From contig WLNI01000003.1 in assembly GCA_009699875.1 (NCBI GenBank), forward strand, positions 8,814 to 72,813: a stretch of 64,000 nucleotides of DNA, written 5' to 3'. Positions 38,386 through 47,739 of the stretch are shown one piece after another. Under the pieces are notes generated by a model. It was not told the origin of the DNA, did no database searches, and saw nothing but the letters and a program-made list of their open reading frames with translations. The translations under genes were made by a program, and so were the position numbers. This stretch comes from Actinomycetota bacterium (GTDB taxonomy: Bacteria > Actinomycetota > Acidimicrobiia > Acidimicrobiales > RAAP-2). Each line of letters starts with the position of its first letter. The first letter of the stretch is position 1.

Positions 38386-39405
38386 ATGAGCGAAGGTAAT
38401 TTACCTAGAACCGAAGATGCCCCCCAGGTGGGGGCGTCTTCGCGTCCTGCGCCCATTAAGGCAATTCCAGTTCGCCACCCCTGGCGTTGGGTCGCGGGGA
38501 TTGTCTTAATCATCCTCGGGGCCATGCTGATCCATACCTTGGTTTTTTCTACGTCGCAACAGCCCCACCAGAGTGGAAGCCGTTTTCAGTGGAACATCGT
38601 TGGGAGCTACATCTTCTCTCCTCTGATCATGCAGGGGGTGGTGCTTACTATTGAATTGACAATTGTTTCGATGATTGTTGGAGTATCTCTAGGGGTCCTC
38701 GTTGCGGTGATGCGGCTCTCGAAGAGTCGGCTTATCTCGGGGAGTGCATGGGCCTACGTATGGTTCTTTCGAGGGACCCCAGTCCTTGTGCAGATCTATT
38801 TTTGGTTTTACATCTCAGCGTTGTACCCAAACCTGACGCTCGGTATTCCATTCGGTCCGTCATTTGTCAGCATCAATATGAATGCTGTTCTCACAGCATT
38901 CTGGGCGGGAGTCTTGGCACTGTCGCTGAATGAAGGTGCGTACATGTCAGAGATCGTCCGAGCAGGCATCATCTCAGTTGATGAAGGCCAAGGCGAAGCC
39001 GCCCACTCACTCGGCATGAGTAAGGGGAAGTCTCTTCGCCTGATCGTTCTCCCACAAGCGATGCGCCTGATTATTCCTCCAACGGGGAATGAAACAATTT
39101 CAATGCTCAAGACCACATCGCTTGTCAGTGCTATTGGGGTTGGAGAGTTGACACACTGGAGTTTGGATATTGCAGCCCAGAACTATCGATTCATCCAAAT
39201 GATGATTGTGGCGAGTATCTGGTATCTCGCCATGACAACGATTCTCTCAATCGGCCAGTACTACCTTGAGCGTCATTACGCACGTGGCTCTTCTCGAGCA
39301 TTGCCGCTGACGCCGTTTCAACAGATCAAAAAGAACATGCGCCACTATCACCTTGGTCCAAAGAAGACAGAGTCGTACGACCTCCCTGAGGTGAACCATG
39401 AGTGA
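38386..39405 (+). CDS. Amino-acid ABC transporter permease (His/Glu/Gln/Arg family) with long N-terminal extension
   Basis: The EAA-like loop is present ([42 protein letters not shown]). About 60-90 extra N-terminal residues precede the first helices. Confidence 0.85.
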   Translation: MSEGNLPRTEDAPQVGASSRPAPIKAIPVRHPWRWVAGIVLIILGAMLIHTLVFSTSQQPHQSGSRFQWNIVGSYIFSPLIMQGVVLTIELTIVSMIVGVSLGVLVAVMRLSKSRLISGSAWAYVWFFRGTPVLVQIYFWFYISALYPNLTLGIPFGPSFVSINMNAVLTAFWAGVLALSLNEGAYMSEIVRAGIISVDEGQGEAAHSLGMSKGKSLRLIVLPQAMRLIIPPTGNETISMLKTTSLVSAIGVGELTHWSLDIAAQNYRFIQMMIVASIWYLAMTTILSIGQYYLERHYARGSSRALPLTPFQQIKKNMRHYHLGPKKTESYDLPEVNHE

Positions 39406-40168
39406 CGTAACCCCGATGGTGAAGGCTGAACAGGTCTATAAGTCATTCGGAGCCCTTGAAGTCTTGAAGGGTATCGACCTTGAAGTGGCTCGGGGAGAGG
39501 TGATGTGCTTGATCGGCGCCTCGGGTTCAGGAAAGAGCACCTTTTTGCGACTCATCAATCACCTTGAAAAGCTCGATGCGGGCCGCCTGTCAGTGGATGG
39601 CGAGTTGGTTGGGTATCGAGAACAGAGCAATAAACTCTACGAGTTGAAAGATAAAGAGATTTGCTCACAGCGAGCCCAAATAGGAATGGTCTTCCAGAGA
39701 TTTAATCTCTTTCCTCACTTGTCCGTTCGAGACAACATCACAATTGGTCCAGTAAAGGTAAAAGGTCAATCCGTGGCCAATGCCCGTGATCGAGCAGCAG
39801 CACTTCTTGAGCGAGTCGGCCTCAGCGAGAAGATTGATGCATTTCCAAGTCAGCTCTCAGGTGGCCAGCAGCAACGTGTTGCCATTGCTCGAGCGTTGGC
39901 GATGGATCCAAAATTGATGCTCTTTGACGAGCCAACGTCTGCACTCGATCCCGAACTTGTTGGAGAAGTCCTTGACGTGATGCGAAAATTGGCCGACGAG
40001 GGGATGACCATGGTGGTGGTGACTCACGAGATGGGTTTTGCTCGTGAAGTCGGCGACTCTCTCGTCTTCATGGATGATGGTCAGATCATGGAAAAGGGGA
40101 ATCCCCGGGAGATCTTGGCCAATCCTCAAAATGAGCGACTGCGCTCATTCCTTTCCAAAGTTCTCTAA
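39398..40168 (+). CDS. Amino-acid ABC transporter ATP-binding protein (GlnQ-like)
   Basis: Walker [25 protein letters not shown], Walker [13 protein letters not shown]. 8-nt overlap with the permease gene. Confidence 0.9.
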   Translation: MSDVTPMVKAEQVYKSFGALEVLKGIDLEVARGEVMCLIGASGSGKSTFLRLINHLEKLDAGRLSVDGELVGYREQSNKLYELKDKEICSQRAQIGMVFQRFNLFPHLSVRDNITIGPVKVKGQSVANARDRAAALLERVGLSEKIDAFPSQLSGGQQQRVAIARALAMDPKLMLFDEPTSALDPELVGEVLDVMRKLADEGMTMVVVTHEMGFAREVGDSLVFMDDGQIMEKGNPREILANPQNERLRSFLSKVL

Positions 40169-40220
40169 GCGAGACAGACTGACCAGGGCCGGCAATGTTG
40201 GGTCCTAGGCTGAATAGATT

Positions 40221-41411
40221 ATGAGCGCCTCCCCTGAGATCACGTGGCCGATCGATGATGTCAACAAGGACACCGGACTGCCGCTTGAGGGTATTCGTAT
40301 TTTGGATCTCTCGCGAGTGCTTGCTGGTCCCCTGGCGACGATGGTGGCGAGTGATTTGGGAGCTGACGTGATCAAAGTCGAGTCGCCGCAGGGAGACCCT
40401 GTGCGAGGCCTCGCCCCACCAAGCATTGATGGAATTGCGACCTACTACTTGGCGGTGAACCGAAATCGTCGAAGCGTGGTGGCGGATCTTGGAACCGAGG
40501 AAGGTCGCGAACTCGTCAGAAACCTTGCGAGATGTGCTGATGGTGTCGTTGAGAATTACCTCCCCTCGCAGTCAGCGGCCCTCGGAATTGACGAATTGAG
40601 AGATCAGCTCACCGACGTGGTGTGGGTTTCGGTGAGATCAGCAGCAAGTGGGGGACCGCTTGGGGATTCGCCGAGTTTTGATCTCTTGGCGCAAGCGCAA
40701 AGTGGACTGATGGGTGTGACTGGCTCGAAGGAATCGGGCCCCTTAAAGATGGGAGCACCCGTTGCCGATGTCGTCACGGGACTCTATGCGTGTATCGCCT
40801 TGATCACTGGTCTCTACGAGCGAGTTGCTCGGCCTGAGCGAGATGCTCGCCGCTATGAGGCACCACTTCTTGAGTCGGCGATGGCGTCATTGATCAATCA
40901 GGCAGCCGGATTCCTGGCGACCAAAAGTGAACCGTCGCTCTCGGGCAATGAGCATCCAAGCATCGCCCCCTATGCTCCCTATGCAGCAAAGGACAGTGAG
41001 ATCGTCATCGCAGTTGGAACTGAACGCCAATGGCACAATCTCTGTTCGGTCCTTGGGAGCAAAGATCTCGCCGAGGATTTCCGGTTCGCGTCAAATACCC
41101 AGCGAGCAACGCACCGTGATGAGTTGCGTGAAGCGATCGAATCAAGGCTGTCTGAATACAGTGCCGGTGTCTGGCAAGAGCGCCTTCTCGAGCAGGGCAT
41201 CCCGTGTGCAGTTGTCAATGATGTCCCCACTGCTCTTTCGCAAGAACAGATAGCAAATGGCGACCTCATCGAGGACGTTGCAATCTCCTCGGGATCGATC
41301 ATCAAGATGGTCGGTTCACCGCTTCGCATTGATGGAGTTCGACCTTCCATCAGACGACGCCCTCCTGGCCTTGGCGAACACACCGAGTTTTTCAACCCCT
41401 CTGAGGACTAA
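40221..41411 (+). CDS. Family III CoA-transferase (CaiB/BaiF family)
   Basis: The N-terminal signature LEGIRILDLSRVLAGPLATMVASDLGADVIKVE is present. 396 aa. Confidence 0.85.
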   Translation: MSASPEITWPIDDVNKDTGLPLEGIRILDLSRVLAGPLATMVASDLGADVIKVESPQGDPVRGLAPPSIDGIATYYLAVNRNRRSVVADLGTEEGRELVRNLARCADGVVENYLPSQSAALGIDELRDQLTDVVWVSVRSAASGGPLGDSPSFDLLAQAQSGLMGVTGSKESGPLKMGAPVADVVTGLYACIALITGLYERVARPERDARRYEAPLLESAMASLINQAAGFLATKSEPSLSGNEHPSIAPYAPYAAKDSEIVIAVGTERQWHNLCSVLGSKDLAEDFRFASNTQRATHRDELREAIESRLSEYSAGVWQERLLEQGIPCAVVNDVPTALSQEQIANGDLIEDVAISSGSIIKMVGSPLRIDGVRPSIRRRPPGLGEHTEFFNPSED

Positions 41412-41420
41412 AGGAGAGCA

Positions 41421-41888
41421 ATGTCACCGAAAGCGAGAAAAGAAGTTCTGGACTTTGATGGGACAGATCCCGAACCTTTACTAAGTGCATTGGGTGACCT
41501 TTCGCACCAGGAAGGGTGGATGAACCTCACGCCTGGTGTTCCAAGCGACGCGATCGTTGAAGAGAGCTCACTGTTCTCATGGCTGTCAGGGGCTCGGCCC
41601 CAAGCTGCTCCGATGGCAACATGGATGCCTCCCGCAACTGGATCTCCGAAACCCGGCGTTCTCGGCGTCCTCCATGCCCGGGGTCGCCTTCACCCTGATG
41701 GAGTAGCGAAGTTGAAGAGCATCCCTGCGTCATGGTCCTGTCGACAAGACCACGCTCGACGAGGTCTGTTGTTCGAGGTAGACCAAAGCACCCCAGAAGA
41801 GATGTCCAAAGCCATGATGGGGATCGTTGAAGAGCTGGCCACGCTACCCACGACCGGGAGATTCTTCGTTGAAGTCTTTCGCCGTTAG
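41421..41888 (+). CDS. Hypothetical protein (155 aa)
   Basis: SD AGGAGAG lies 9 nt after the CoA-transferase stop. I recognise no family. The coding call rests on the SD, the spacing and the absence of competing ORFs. Confidence 0.5.
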   Translation: MSPKARKEVLDFDGTDPEPLLSALGDLSHQEGWMNLTPGVPSDAIVEESSLFSWLSGARPQAAPMATWMPPATGSPKPGVLGVLHARGRLHPDGVAKLKSIPASWSCRQDHARRGLLFEVDQSTPEEMSKAMMGIVEELATLPTTGRFFVEVFRR

Positions 41889-41900
41889 GCGGATTCTGAC

Positions 41901-42590
41901 TTAGAGCGAAAGAGTGGGGCCATCAAAGGAGTCGATGGTGGTGAACTCGTGGATCTGAGATCGCTTGAGTTTGGTGATCTTCTGACTTGGCTCCCCGAGT
42001 GCGACGAGTGCGACAATTCCAGTTCGTTCAGGCGCTCCGAGGAGCTCCAGAAGAGCAGGTTCATTTCGGACATTCATCGTGGTAATCACCCCGCCAAGTC
42101 CACGATCTCGAGCAGCGAGCAAGATATTCCATACAAATGGGTAGAGCGACGCCCCTCCCGCAAAGCTATAGCGATCTAAGTCTCGGTCAACGGTTGCTAA
42201 CGCACTGATATCAGCAAGCACGAGCAAGAGTGCTGGGACTTCATCAAGATGCTCGGCGAAACCTCCGGGGCCGGCGGCCGCATCTTTGGCGATCTGTTCA
42301 CTTTGAGAACGCGCAATGGTCTCTTGCTCCTGGTCGTTATAGACGCCAAAGGGGGTCATCCCGGCTTGCACCTGTCCAAGGTACTCATACCAACCTGCGA
42401 GATAGAGGTCTCGCACTGCCCGACGAATCGTTGGATCTTTAAGGACGACAACTCGCCAGGCTTGGCGATTCCCCCCACTTGGGGCAAAACGGGCATCGTC
42501 CAAAATTCCCGCAATCGTGGCATCATCAACTGGAGCGTCGGTAAAAGTTCTTGTTGCAGGCGTGGTGCGCAGGGCATCTCGAAGTTCCAT
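41901..42590 (-). CDS. Nitroreductase-family protein
   Basis: MELRDALRTTPATRTFTDAPVDD..ILDDARFAPSGGNRQAW.VVVL is the nitroreductase N-terminal signature. I prefer the ATG at 42590 because the longer form (42641) leaves only 9 nt to the divergent gene. Confidence 0.75.
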   Translation of the reverse strand: MELRDALRTTPATRTFTDAPVDDATIAGILDDARFAPSGGNRQAWRVVVLKDPTIRRAVRDLYLAGWYEYLGQVQAGMTPFGVYNDQEQETIARSQSEQIAKDAAAGPGGFAEHLDEVPALLLVLADISALATVDRDLDRYSFAGGASLYPFVWNILLAARDRGLGGVITTMNVRNEPALLELLGAPERTGIVALVALGEPSQKITKLKRSQIHEFTTIDSFDGPTLSL

Positions 42591-42650
42591 AGTGTTGACC
42601 CTATCGTTCGGGTGGTGTTTGTGAGATGCTCTTGACGCCAAGAAGAGAGG

Positions 42651-43391
42651 ATGGATGTGGAAAAACTTCAGTATCTAGTGTGGCTCAAAGAGGGCACGCC
42701 ACGAGAAGACGTGATTCCACTCATGATTGATTCTGTTGCCCCAGAGTTGTTGAGTACGGATCTTCTGGGCCTGAGCATGGACCTCGATGACATCTATGCG
42801 ACGATTCCTTCTCCGGTGCCACCTCCTGAAGGAGAGCACACCCCCCAAGCCCTGGTCTCTGTGTGGGTGGACTGTTACGACCGTCGCCTCGAGGTTGAGA
42901 AGATTCTTTCATCAGTTGCGGTCCGTCTCGACGGCTACCAAGTCATTGAGTCGCTCTACAGCGATTATGGAATGGCGAAGTGGTCGAAGAAGCGAGATTG
43001 GCCTGACGGGACGCGATCTCCCGGGATCTTGACCGTGGCTACCTTCGAACAACTCGAGGGGACCGATTTTGAAGAGTGGCTTCGGTTTTGGCATGACCAT
43101 CAGTCACCAATGTCTGAAGCGATGCAGCCCCGATGTCGCTACGTGCGTAATTTCGCAGTGCGGCCGCTTGAGTCTGGGAAGCGGCCACTTCGAGGGATCG
43201 TTGAAGAGGCGTGGCCAAGTCCGCAACACGTTACCGATCCAATGCTCTTTTTCTGCGCTGACGGGGATACGGAGCTTTTGAACGCAAATATCACGACGAT
43301 GATGGAACACGCAATGAAACTCTTTGATATGAACACCATGCGATCAATGACCATGAGTGAGTGGTTCTTAAAGACTCTTGGGAGGTCCTGA
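42651..43391 (+). CDS. Conserved hypothetical protein (246 aa; possibly EthD / dimeric alpha-beta-barrel-like)
   Basis: SD AGAGAGG precedes the ATG. The stop overlaps the next start (TGATG). The family guess is weak and rests on W/H-rich FEEWLRFWHDHQ-type segments. Confidence 0.45.
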   Translation: MDVEKLQYLVWLKEGTPREDVIPLMIDSVAPELLSTDLLGLSMDLDDIYATIPSPVPPPEGEHTPQALVSVWVDCYDRRLEVEKILSSVAVRLDGYQVIESLYSDYGMAKWSKKRDWPDGTRSPGILTVATFEQLEGTDFEEWLRFWHDHQSPMSEAMQPRCRYVRNFAVRPLESGKRPLRGIVEEAWPSPQHVTDPMLFFCADGDTELLNANITTMMEHAMKLFDMNTMRSMTMSEWFLKTLGRS

Positions 43392-43849
43392 TGGGGAAGT
43401 ACTCACGAGAAGAACTCACAGAAGCTCACGATCACTTTTTAGAGGTAGCGGGTCAATGTGCGCTGTCGAAGCAGTGGCGTCCATGGGCTGATCTTTTTAC
43501 CGATGACGCAGAGTATTTTGAACATTGTTTTGGACGCTTCACTGGACCCGATGAGATCTACGAGTGGATTCAACCACTCATGAATCAATGGCCAAACTCT
43601 GAGATGACCTCCTTTCCTCACGACTGGTGCGTTATGGACGAAGAACGAGGTTGGTGGATCTGCCAAATTGAGAATCGCTTTCGAGACCCTGGAGATGGCA
43701 AGACCTACGAAGCGCACAACCTGACCGTCCTCCACTATGCGGGCAACGGGAAGTTCTCCTACGAAGAAGACGCGTACAATCCTGCGAACTTTGCTCCAAT
43801 GGTGAAAGAGTGGATGGAGGCGGTTGCCAAGTTTGAAGGGGAGCGATGA
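43391..43849 (+). CDS. SnoaL-like / NTF2-fold protein
   Basis: SD GGAGG at 43381-43385 precedes the ATG at 43391. The segment DLFTDDAEYFEH.FGRFTGPDEIYEWI resembles SnoaL-like polyketide-cyclase-fold proteins. Confidence 0.6.
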   Translation: MGKYSREELTEAHDHFLEVAGQCALSKQWRPWADLFTDDAEYFEHCFGRFTGPDEIYEWIQPLMNQWPNSEMTSFPHDWCVMDEERGWWICQIENRFRDPGDGKTYEAHNLTVLHYAGNGKFSYEEDAYNPANFAPMVKEWMEAVAKFEGER

Positions 43850-44895
43850 GTCTCGTTACTGTCATCACTGACGACGCGCTCAGTGCTCCAGGTCTCGTCA
43901 AGAACAATCGTGTCTGTGTCGAAACCACCTCTCTCGAGATGGTGACCGGATGGATACGAAAGCCAGAGGGGCTCTGCCGAGGTGAGGTGTGCGTCCCGGT
44001 TCGAGAACCCGAGGCGCTTGAGTCCGATGGGGTCATCGACCTTGAGGTCATGGCAAAGCTGCTTGGGAGACGATCAGTCTCCGCCCCAGAGATTGGTGTG
44101 ATCGCTCTTGCTCGAGATGGCTCAGATCGAAAGAACGCGCTCGAGGGGCTTCGTGCACCTGACTTTTTGTTACGCGACCTTGATGGCAGACCCTTCACTT
44201 TCAACGAAACCAGCGGAAGAAAGCGGCTCATTGTCACGTTCTCGTCCTGGTGTGGCTGTCGCTATGACCTTCCAGGCTGGCAGGCTCTTTCCGACGAACT
44301 TGGAGAAGACAATATTTCGATCATCTTGGTAGCCTTCGACGACAACGTGGAAGTCGTACGTCCCTTTACTGAAGGCATCTCCCTGCCTGTTCTTCTCGAT
44401 CAACAACATCTACTTTCAGAGCTCTACGCCATTTCAAACGTGCCAACGGTTGTGTGGATCGACGAAAAAGGAACCATTGTTCGACCAAACGAATTGGCAT
44501 TCGGCACTGATACGTTCGCCGATTTCACTGGTGTTTCCTCAGAGCCACATCTCAACGCTATTCGTGCATGGGTGCAACACGATGTCTCACCAATGGATGC
44601 AGTGGACGCAAGAGGAGCAATTGCTGACCTCAGTGACGACGAAATTGATGCTCGGCTTCATTTCAGAGTCGGTGCTGAAGCTCGTCGACGTGGTGAGAGC
44701 GACGTGGCAGAGTCGCACCTTCGCATTGCGAGCACTCTTGCCCCGATGGATTTTTCAGTTCGTCGAGCAGCAATGCCGCTTCTTGGTGAAGACCCGTTCG
44801 GGCAAGAGTTCTTAGATCTCTACGACGAGTGGAAAGAGAGTGGCTCCCCGTATCACGGGTTGCCGATCGATGCCCCCGAAAAGGGAACGCGTTAA
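43846..44895 (+). CDS. Thioredoxin-fold (TlpA/ResA/redoxin-like) protein with CGC motif, Cys-containing N-domain and helical C-tail
   Basis: APDFLLRDLDGRPFTF..GRKRLIVTFSSWCGCRYDLPGW...NVPTVVWIDEKGTIV has a redoxin layout, but the active site is W-C-G-C rather than CxxC. ATGA overlap with the upstream gene. Confidence 0.6.
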   Translation: MSLVTVITDDALSAPGLVKNNRVCVETTSLEMVTGWIRKPEGLCRGEVCVPVREPEALESDGVIDLEVMAKLLGRRSVSAPEIGVIALARDGSDRKNALEGLRAPDFLLRDLDGRPFTFNETSGRKRLIVTFSSWCGCRYDLPGWQALSDELGEDNISIILVAFDDNVEVVRPFTEGISLPVLLDQQHLLSELYAISNVPTVVWIDEKGTIVRPNELAFGTDTFADFTGVSSEPHLNAIRAWVQHDVSPMDAVDARGAIADLSDDEIDARLHFRVGAEARRRGESDVAESHLRIASTLAPMDFSVRRAAMPLLGEDPFGQEFLDLYDEWKESGSPYHGLPIDAPEKGTR

Positions 44896-45782
44896 GCGTC
44901 TCGCCGCTGGAGAAACCACAAACCGGCAAGCAGAAACACAGCGGCATAAATTGCCAGAACTAGTACCGCCACCCATGGGGTGAGGAGGACGCCGGCCCAG
45001 TCAGTGGTTCGTGTCGTGGTGACCACCATTGCGATCCCTAAGTTCGAAGGCATGTATGGCTCAACACTATTTTTAAAGCCCGAAGGAAAGAAATTAAGAA
45101 TGATTGGGAGAACCAGCAAGATCCCCACGTAGATTGAAATTGCTCCAGCAGTACTTCGAATGATGAAGCCCAGCCCAAGAGCGAGAATCGACAAAAGGAC
45201 GAGATACACCCCTGAGAGAACAACCGCTTGAAGAACTCCTGGGGACATGATGGTAACCACAGGAATCGACGCTGATTTTACTTGCGTCACAATTGATGCG
45301 CCTGCCGGAAGTTCCGTTCCCCCGTGGGCCGTCAGAATTATCTGGGCGGCGAAGAACGAAGCAAAAGCCGTGACTTCACCGATGACCAAGATGACAACGG
45401 CGATGACTATCTTTTTTGCCGCCATCACGGTGTATCTCTTTGGGACCGTCGCCAAGGTGGTCCGGATCAGGCCTGTTGAGTACTCGGAGGTAATGATCAT
45501 GGCTCCAAGGATTCCAACAACGAGTTGAGAGATGAAGTGTCCTGACTGAGAGAATGCCACTGGATCGAAGGTGGCTCGTTCTTGCAGTGAACTTTGTGAC
45601 CAGCGAGCAGCTTGGATGAAGGTCAACAGGACCGAAAGTCCAATTCCTGCGAGCAAAATAATGAAGAGACAGATCCAGGTCGAGCGAACCGAACGAAACT
45701 TTGTCCACTCTGAACGTGTTTCTCCGGCGAGCCCTGCGTGCCCATGGTCGGTGGAGGGCATCTGCGTGTGAGTGACCGTCAT
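44892..45782 (-). CDS. ABC-2 type transporter permease
   Basis: 296 aa with about six hydrophobic helices. ATGA-type overlap with the upstream ATPase gene. Confidence 0.75.
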   Translation of the reverse strand: MTVTHTQMPSTDHGHAGLAGETRSEWTKFRSVRSTWICLFIILLAGIGLSVLLTFIQAARWSQSSLQERATFDPVAFSQSGHFISQLVVGILGAMIITSEYSTGLIRTTLATVPKRYTVMAAKKIVIAVVILVIGEVTAFASFFAAQIILTAHGGTELPAGASIVTQVKSASIPVVTIMSPGVLQAVVLSGVYLVLLSILALGLGFIIRSTAGAISIYVGILLVLPIILNFFPSGFKNSVEPYMPSNLGIAMVVTTTRTTDWAGVLLTPWVAVLVLAIYAAVFLLAGLWFLQRRDA

Positions 45783-46702
45783 GAGGCCGCCTTTGCGTCC
45801 GTGGTTCCATGGAAGTCAACAGAATCTGAGGTCAACTCCATGAATACCTCTTCGAGGCTGGCTTGCTGAGGGCTGAGTTCATGGATCGCAATCCCAGAAG
45901 AGAGTGCCGCATCACCAATCTGGGTCCCATCAATTTTTGTGACAAGGAGGCTGCCATCGTCCTGAGCAGTGATTGAACCGCCAAGTCCAGCGAGGACCTC
46001 ATTGAGCCGAGAGGAATCAGAGGAGCGCACAAGTACGGTGGCGACCGTATTTGAATCGATGAAATTTTCCACTGTTGTGTCGGCAATCAACTTGCCTCGA
46101 CCGATCACGACTAAATCAGTCGCAGTCAACGCCATTTCTGACATCAAGTGACTTGAAATAAAGACGGTGCGTCCTTCTTTTGCTAGCGCTTGGAGAAGCT
46201 CTCTCACCCAACGGATGCCTTCTGGGTCCAAGCCATTTATAGGTTCATCAAATAGCAAGACACCTGGGTCTCCAAGCAGTGCCGAGGCGATCCCGAGGCG
46301 TTGGTTCATTCCGAGTGAGAATTTCCCAGCCTTCCTGCTCGCTACTTGACTCAGCCCGACAAGGTCAAGAACTTCTTCAACTCGCGCTTTCGGGATTGAG
46401 TTGGTTTGGGCGAGCGCAACAAGATGGCTTCGCGCAGAACGTCCTGGATGAATGGATTTGGCTTCCAACAGTGCGCCGACTTCTCGAAGGGGCCACTTCA
46501 ATTCCTGACACTTCTTCCCGTTGACGAATGCTTTTCCTGCGGTGGGCCGATCAAGCCCCATGATCATTCTCATGGTGGTTGATTTTCCAGAACCATTTGG
46601 ACCGAGGAAACCAGTAATAACACCGGTGCGGACTTCAAAACTCAGATCGTCAACAGCCTTGGTCTTGCCATATTGCTTTGAGAGCCCAACAGCCGAAATC
46701 AT
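45779..46702 (-). CDS. ABC transporter ATP-binding protein (DrrA/bacitracin-type exporter)
   Basis: Walker A GPNGSGKST, signature FSLGMNQRL, Walker B LLFDEPINGLD. Confidence 0.9.
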   Translation of the reverse strand: MISAVGLSKQYGKTKAVDDLSFEVRTGVITGFLGPNGSGKSTTMRMIMGLDRPTAGKAFVNGKKCQELKWPLREVGALLEAKSIHPGRSARSHLVALAQTNSIPKARVEEVLDLVGLSQVASRKAGKFSLGMNQRLGIASALLGDPGVLLFDEPINGLDPEGIRWVRELLQALAKEGRTVFISSHLMSEMALTATDLVVIGRGKLIADTTVENFIDSNTVATVLVRSSDSSRLNEVLAGLGGSITAQDDGSLLVTKIDGTQIGDAALSSGIAIHELSPQQASLEEVFMELTSDSVDFHGTTDAKAAS

Positions 46703-46771
46703 TATGAGGGAAATTCGTTTGACATCGCAGCCACCTTACCAGCGGTGTATCTCGTTGATGCACTAGCGGAA

Positions 46772-46800
46772 TGGATTATCCCTATCTGGATTGCCTATCC
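46772..46800. repeat. Tandem imperfect direct repeat TGGATTATCCCTATC / TGGATTGCCTATC(C)
   Basis: I read this directly in the 156-nt divergent intergenic region between the ABC exporter and the cytochrome b module. It is a possible regulator binding site. Confidence 0.35.
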
Positions 46801-46867
46801 ATGGTGACGTTGGTCCCTCAAGAGTCATACGGTGGGAAGTGAAGCAACCTGAGGGGGAGTGCCACTG

Positions 46868-47041
46868 ATGATTGGGCGATCGATTCTTGGAGCATTGGTG
46901 AACCTCACCAAACCCGGTATGTACGTGCACTGGGGATTCATTCAGATCTCGGTTGCAAACTTGATCGTTATTGGCCTCATGGCCCTGACGTTCATTCTGG
47001 CTATCGCTATTCCATTTCATCGAAAAGGAGGGCGTTCATGA
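46868..47041 (+). CDS. Small hydrophobic membrane peptide (57 aa; 60 aa if GTG 46859)
   Basis: GGGGGAG lies 8 nt upstream of the ATG at 46868. There is one clear TM helix (IQISVANLIVIGLMALTFILAIAI). The stop overlaps the cytochrome b start (ATGA at 47038-47041). Confidence 0.45.
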   Translation: MIGRSILGALVNLTKPGMYVHWGFIQISVANLIVIGLMALTFILAIAIPFHRKGGRS

Positions 47042-47739
47042 CTACTCTCGAACACGACACGTCGTCTTCCCCGGAAGAAGATGCGGAAGTCTCCAAACAG
47101 TGGACGACAAGAATTCGACGACGACTGGTAGAGATGCTGCCTCCCGAGCGCCTCATCCCAGATCGGCAGCCTTCATTTCTCTCATCGTGGATTTATATAT
47201 TTGGAGCACTCACCATTGGAGCCTTGGCAATTATTATTTTGACTGGCATGGTGCTCTCGCTTGAGGGACCTGGGTGGTGGCACACATCGTCTCTTGGACT
47301 TTTTGTGAACTCGATGCACCTCTGGAGTGTCGAGCTCTTTTTCTTCTGCATGGTGATCCATCTATGGGGAAAGTTCTTCATGGCCGCATGGAGAGGGAGC
47401 CGTCAATTGACCTGGATCACTGGTGCGGTGACGTTTTTGGTTTCAGTTGGAGCTGCCTTTACTGGCTATGTCTCTCAGACGAACTTTGACTCGCAGTGGA
47501 TTGCCACCCAAGCCAAGGACGGTATCAATTCGACGGGGGTCGGAGCCTTTTTTAACGTGTTGAATTTCGGCCAGATGCTGATGTGGCACATCGTGTTACT
47601 CCCAGTTGGGGTGCTGTTCTTGACTGGACTCCACATTCTGATGGTCCGACGCCGAGGAATTGTTCCGCCTTTTGAAGATGGCGTCAATGACAAGAGCGCA
47701 ACAGTCGCTTCTGGTACCCAAGAAGGGACACCCTCATGA
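47038..47739 (+). CDS. Cytochrome b N-terminal-domain protein (b6-like, di-haem)
   Basis: SD AAAGGAGGG at 47022-47031. There are two His pairs: SMH..(14)..IHLWG and MWH..(15)..GLHIL. The conserved TWITGAVTFLVSVGAAFTGYVSQTNFDSQW block is also present. Confidence 0.85.
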   Translation: MTTLEHDTSSSPEEDAEVSKQWTTRIRRRLVEMLPPERLIPDRQPSFLSSWIYIFGALTIGALAIIILTGMVLSLEGPGWWHTSSLGLFVNSMHLWSVELFFFCMVIHLWGKFFMAAWRGSRQLTWITGAVTFLVSVGAAFTGYVSQTNFDSQWIATQAKDGINSTGVGAFFNVLNFGQMLMWHIVLLPVGVLFLTGLHILMVRRRGIVPPFEDGVNDKSATVASGTQEGTPS

